Shown: piece after piece, positions 59,786 through 64,000 of the stretch | Position numbering within the stretch: position 1 is the first letter of the stretch | Layout: each line of letters starts with the position of its first letter | Origin: Pseudomonadota bacterium | GTDB lineage: Bacteria; Myxococcota; JACRCW01; JAFGSX01 | DNA length: 64,000 nucleotides | Direction: 5' to 3' | NCBI GenBank assembly: GCA_043821645.1 | Contig: JBDRCO010000111.1 | Span: forward strand, 32,001-96,000 | Position numbers and translations under genes: made by a program | Notes under the pieces: model-generated | Told to the model about the DNA's origin: nothing | Seen by the model: only the letters and a program-made list of their open reading frames with translations | Databases searched by the model: none

Positions 59786-61621
59786 TCAGTGATCGAGGGC
59801 AATGCGCAGGTGCTTGCGCACGCAGCGCAGCGTCGCATCATCCGTGGCCGCATCGGCCAGCACCCAGCGCACGCTCTCGCCCTGCAGATCGACCAGAGCC
59901 ATCACGCCATAGGCCGTGACGACGGGATCGCGGTGCTCACGCATGCGCGCGTAGGTGTTGTACAGGCCCTTGGCCCGACACGCCCACAACACGTAGGCGG
60001 CTTCCTGGGGAGGCAGCTCGGGTTGACCCAGCAGGCCCTCCAGGCTCTGGGGGATGCGCTGGCCAATGGAGATCAGGGCTTCGAGGATGCGCTCGGGCAG
60101 GCCAAAGGCCGCGTGGCTCGGAGTATCAAACAGGGGACGTGGGTCCTGCGTGTGCGCCTCGGCCAGGGCCTTGAGAAGTGGCTCCACGGCTTCTTCACTG
60201 CCGATCCGACCCAGGGCATAGGCCGCACTGACTTGCAGTTCCGGGTCCTTGCTGCTGGCCAGCGCCTCGATGAGCAGTGCGCGGGATTCCAGGTCCGCCA
60301 GGTCGGCCAGCTCGCGCGCTGCCCGCGGTGCCCAGACGCTGGCGGCCATGGGGGCGAGCAGTTCACGCATCCGAGGTACGACCTGATCCCGGGTCAGGCT
60401 CTGTTCTCCGCCACTCTCCAGTGAGAGCACGTAGCCTGGCGCGGTGCTGGCAATGCCCGTGACGCCGAAATTCTGACCGCGCCGTTCAGGCCAGGGCGCG
60501 CGCAGCGAAGTGGTCACGGCGGGCCTAAAAGCTTCAAAGGCAGTCAGGGCTGTCTCTATTTCCTGCACCAGCTCGGCCGGCGCGTGGCGATCCTTGGCCC
60601 GGCGCAGCAGCTTGCGGTAGGCCAGCAGAACCTTGCGACGCAGCGCGCTTTCCTCAGGTGCGAGGTAGGCCTCCAGCAGTGGTGAGCGGCTCAGATCAAG
60701 TTCCCGGGTCGGAGGTCCCAGGCTCATGCCACGCAGGCTGTTCGGTGCAGAGGTCACCCTGCGGTAAAAGAAGTCCGACATCCCCACCATGCGAAGCATC
60801 GCACGCAGACCATCCACACCCTGATCCAGCTGCAGCACCTCGCGATACGCATCCTCGGCCATCGCACGCAGCGCCGCATTGTGTTCGGCCTCGCTGCGCG
60901 CGCGCTGCTGGTCCCCGAGGCGCGCCAGGCAGGTGTCGTCGGAGCGGTAGTCCTGTTCGTGGGCCTCACCGACGCAGAAGTGGGATTCGAGCACCAGCCC
61001 CCTGGCCTCGGAACGCCAGGGTGCGGTGACGCTGGCGGCCAGGGGCACCACCGCCGCGCACGCAGTTCTGGCTGCGACGACCTCATGGCGCGTCAGCGCG
61101 CTCCAACCCCGGCACAGCGACTGCCAGGTCAGGTACAAGGCGCGGTCCTCAAGGTCTTGCTGGGCACGCCGGGAGTCGCACAGCAGCTGCAGTGATGCGG
61201 CATCGCCGGCCGTGCGCAGGTGCTCCGCCTCGACCTGCAAGGCCTGGAGCTTGTCACCGGTCGCTGGTGCGCTGGTCGGGCCTGTCGACGTAGCGGTGTC
61301 GGATTCTCGCCTCTGCGCAGGCAGGGGTGCTGTGGCTGCGGGTGCGGGGGAAGGCGTGCGACGCCTGGGTGTGGCGGGCTGCGGGACCGCGGCAGGTGGA
61401 GCAGAAGACGCCGGGGGTGAAGCAGGCGCTGCGGTGGATGCCGCAGGCGTGGCCACGGGTGGTGTGGCCTGGGCCTCCGCCGGGGGAGCTGCCACACGGC
61501 TCGGCACGGCCGGAGCACTGCTCGGGGTCTTGGGCTCCTCCTGGGCCCTTGTCGTCGACGTCAGGACCCAGGCCAGGAGGACCAGGACCCAGGCGCGATA
61601 CCTCTGCACCCGCTGGCTCAT
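59786..61621 (-). CDS. Exported hypothetical protein with a Pro/Ala-rich linker, helical repeats and a HEAT-like repeat
   Basis: Signal peptide and LIEAL...DPELQVSAAYALGRIG..EAVEPLLKAL. Confidence 0.7.
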   Translation of the reverse strand: MSQRVQRYRAWVLVLLAWVLTSTTRAQEEPKTPSSAPAVPSRVAAPPAEAQATPPVATPAASTAAPASPPASSAPPAAVPQPATPRRRTPSPAPAATAPLPAQRRESDTATSTGPTSAPATGDKLQALQVEAEHLRTAGDAASLQLLCDSRRAQQDLEDRALYLTWQSLCRGWSALTRHEVVAARTACAAVVPLAASVTAPWRSEARGLVLESHFCVGEAHEQDYRSDDTCLARLGDQQRARSEAEHNAALRAMAEDAYREVLQLDQGVDGLRAMLRMVGMSDFFYRRVTSAPNSLRGMSLGPPTRELDLSRSPLLEAYLAPEESALRRKVLLAYRKLLRRAKDRHAPAELVQEIETALTAFEAFRPAVTTSLRAPWPERRGQNFGVTGIASTAPGYVLSLESGGEQSLTRDQVVPRMRELLAPMAASVWAPRAARELADLADLESRALLIEALASSKDPELQVSAAYALGRIGSEEAVEPLLKALAEAHTQDPRPLFDTPSHAAFGLPERILEALISIGQRIPQSLEGLLGQPELPPQEAAYVLWACRAKGLYNTYARMREHRDPVVTAYGVMALVDLQGESVRWVLADAATDDATLRCVRKHLRIALDH

Positions 61622-61628
61622 GATGCGG

Positions 61629-61910
61629 TCACCCCCACCCAAGACAGGCCCTCAGCATGGTCGAACTCATCAGGAGCAGCAGTAAAAGCACTGCCACGAT
61701 GGCCACGATGCGGTCGGCAAGCCGGCGCCGGGGAGGTTTGTCTGTCCGTGCGGGAAGCACCTGCAGCAGCAGGTAAGCCGGAGGTCCACCCAGGGCGCAG
61801 GCGAACAACCAGAATTCGGGGTCGCGCCGCCTCTCCTGGGCAAGGCGCTGGCCTGCAACCCCGGACAGGGGCCACACCAGCAACATCACCATCAGGACAA
61901 CGAAGCTCAC
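61629..61910 (-). CDS. Small membrane protein (about 3 TM)
   Basis: Hydrophobic segments. Fits the gap between co-oriented genes. Confidence 0.55.
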   Translation of the reverse strand: MSFVVLMVMLLVWPLSGVAGQRLAQERRRDPEFWLFACALGGPPAYLLLQVLPARTDKPPRRRLADRIVAIVAVLLLLLLMSSTMLRACLGWG

Positions 61911-61934
61911 GATTGGCGCAAGCGGCTGGCCGCA

Positions 61935-63080
61935 CTACGGGGTCTCGGGCGCGGGCTCCTTGGCCGGGGCCTTTTCGGCGGGAGCGGCCTCTCCAGGACG
62001 CAGGCGATGCACCTTGTACATGGCCTGCTTGCCCTTGATGCGCAGCAGCCCGGCCATGCCGATGGACTCGGTGCCGTCGAGCAGGGGCCAGCGCACGGCG
62101 TCTGCAGGGCCGGGATTGAGGTAGAGCTCGGACACGTAGGTGTCTGCCCGGATCTCCTCTTTGCCCGTCAGATCCGTGGCCTTGCCGCCGGCCTCGTGGA
62201 TGTTGCCGAACATGCCGAAGTGAATCTTGTTGGTGGTCAGGAACTTGGCCAGCACAGGGTCGCCCACATTGACGCCCTCGTGGATGCGGTCGATGCCCGT
62301 GCTGCTCTCCTGCCGAGGCGGACCGTGGGAGGCCAGCACCGCGGTGGAACTCGCCAGGCTCATCAGGGTGGTCAGAGCGGACACGTCTTCGGGCGTGTAG
62401 CGGCATCCATCCTGCGAGTGAATGTAGGCAGGATTGAAGTAACCCGGCAGGCTGATCAGGCTCGCGTCGTCGGCGTTGTAGACGCGAATCTGGTTCATGT
62501 TGACGAGGTTGCTGTGCTCCGGGCTGACCGCGTCAAAGGCCTTGGTGAAATCGGTGAGGCCCTCGCGATTACCGATCATGAGCAGGACCGGTCCAGGAAA
62601 CTGTGCCAGGGCGCGCATCACGCTCTCGATCGAGGGCTGGCTCTCTCCCAGGTCACCCGTGACCACCAGGGCGTCAGCCTTCTCGGCGATCAGCCACTGC
62701 AGGAGGCGCTTGACGTTGCCCAGGTTCTCGGGCGTGTCCTCCTTGACGTCGGTGATCTGGCCAAAGGTGTACACGTCGTCGGCATCGGCGGTCTTCGAGG
62801 TCAACACGTCGCCGGCGCGCCGGAACGCTTGCCCGGCGATGGTCAGGTCCGCGTCGTCGCCCGTGGCCTTGAAGGGCTTGAGGCAGGACGGCTGCTTGGC
62901 ATCCTCAGGGCTCACGGCCAGCGGGTCCTCGTCGGCCGGCTGGGATGCCGCTGGCGTCGTGGCGGGTCCGGGCGTGGGGGTCGGGTCGGCGGGTGGCGGA
63001 GCGTCCTTCTTGGGGCAGCCCAAGGCAACGGCCAGCAGCGCCGTGCAGCCGAGCAGAACAACAGGACGAGAGAAGGTCAT
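61935..63080 (-). CDS. Calcineurin-like metallophosphoesterase lipoprotein with altered metal ligands
   Basis: Lipobox ALGC. Motifs ITDVK, VTGDLG, IGNRE, SHGPP and FGNIHE. Confidence 0.8.
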   Translation of the reverse strand: MTFSRPVVLLGCTALLAVALGCPKKDAPPPADPTPTPGPATTPAASQPADEDPLAVSPEDAKQPSCLKPFKATGDDADLTIAGQAFRRAGDVLTSKTADADDVYTFGQITDVKEDTPENLGNVKRLLQWLIAEKADALVVTGDLGESQPSIESVMRALAQFPGPVLLMIGNREGLTDFTKAFDAVSPEHSNLVNMNQIRVYNADDASLISLPGYFNPAYIHSQDGCRYTPEDVSALTTLMSLASSTAVLASHGPPRQESSTGIDRIHEGVNVGDPVLAKFLTTNKIHFGMFGNIHEAGGKATDLTGKEEIRADTYVSELYLNPGPADAVRWPLLDGTESIGMAGLLRIKGKQAMYKVHRLRPGEAAPAEKAPAKEPAPETP

Positions 63081-63338
63081 GGATTCCACCCTGTGCCTGG
63101 ACCTGCGAGCCAGCTGGCAGTGTGCCATCAAGCATGGCTCCCAGGCGTGGTTTGACGACGGGGCTGTAACACGGAGCACGGTGGCGCGGCAACGGAAAAC
63201 CCGGAGCCTCCACGAGAGCTTGATTTCAAGGCAATGAGCCCGCCGCAGGGGGCCGATGAACTGCACTTCATGCGCTGGTTCACGGGCTGGCGCGACCACG
63301 AGGAGACGATCGGGATCTGCGAGAAGATCGGCGCCGGT

Positions 63339-63665
63339 TCAGTCAGCGCTCGTGCTGTCTGCTTCGACCTCGAATGCGCCCAGGGACTCGAGGAGCTCCT
63401 GCAGCATATCCTGGGTCTCTGAGGTGTAGGCGTACAGCAGCACGTGGTTGCCTCTGGCTTCAGCCAGGGGAGAGTCCTCCCAGTCGGTATCGTTTTCACG
63501 ATCCAGCGCATATTCCTCGGAGGTCAGTCCGAAATCCTCGAACAGGTCCGGAATGTCGGACTCGTTTGCTTCCATGACCCACTGGAACCATGCATTGAGG
63601 GCGCGCGCCACTTCCGCGGCCGTGTCCGCACTGTCGAAGGTCCCGACGATCTTGACTTCCTGCAT
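63339..63665 (-). CDS. Small acidic hypothetical protein
   Basis: 108 aa, Asp/Glu-rich, coding-like composition. Confidence 0.7.
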   Translation of the reverse strand: MQEVKIVGTFDSADTAAEVARALNAWFQWVMEANESDIPDLFEDFGLTSEEYALDRENDTDWEDSPLAEARGNHVLLYAYTSETQDMLQELLESLGAFEVEADSTSAD

Positions 63666-64000
63666 CCCGGTCACCGTCCAGCCGCCACTGCGTCGGTGTG
63701 GTAGCGGCGTCCATTGAACACGCTCCGACCAATGGCGAATGACTTATCCCGGTCGACCGAAAACGCAAGCCAAAAAAACCGCCGGAGCCTGAGCGAGGTA
63801 CCATGCGTCGACGGATTCCTGCGCAGGGGAGGGCGAGCCGCCCGATCAGGCCGTGGTGGAGCACCGGGTGCGCCGATTGAGCAGCACAGGATCCGGGTGA
63901 CCCGGGGCACCTCTCCGGAAAAACCAATCATGTCGGGCGCCGAGTCGTACCTGAGTCTGGCACGGGGCTTGGATCGGGACAGACCATGCCCAGGCGTCGG

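Noticed and set aside
63958-63972. Sigma54-like promoter TGGCACGGGGCTTGG
   Set aside because: The -12 element is GG rather than GC, and the downstream gene lies outside the window.

Overview
High-GC bacterial chromosomal window (roughly two-thirds GC by eye). It most resembles Myxococcota/deltaproteobacteria, inferred from the many Cys-rich surface lipoproteins with Asp/Ala/Gly-rich linkers, MopE-like repeats and a MYXO-CTERM-like tail. It holds about 45 CDSs. These include a two-component system with a MacAB-TolC-type ABC exporter operon, Tex, a GAF-GGDEF cyclase, a 6TM ion channel plus a separate RCK subunit, a TreS-maltokinase fusion, PutP, a CzcCBA-type metal efflux operon with a small Cys/His-rich leader ORF, a ferredoxin, MEMO1/AmmeMemoRadiSam B, an F390-synthetase-like ligase, QueC, Nif3 and a CHASE2 adenylate cyclase. 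Two patches consist of gene remnants (about 16.6-18.5 kb and 34.8-35.7 kb). I saw no rRNA, tRNA, CRISPR array or transposase. The most notable signals are: (i) a divergent pair of full-length enzymes whose catalytic motifs have degenerated (PurN-like and DUF2064/TIGR04282-like), directly upstream of the adenylate cyclase; (ii) a voltage-gated-like channel with a non-canonical ISGIED filter, a 9-Arg S4 and no standard start codon for its conserved N-terminus; (iii) a probable metal-responsive arrest-peptide leader before czcCBA; (iv) inverted heptamer arrays. Three single-base indels may be assembly errors. All family assignments come from motif recognition by eye, not from database searches.
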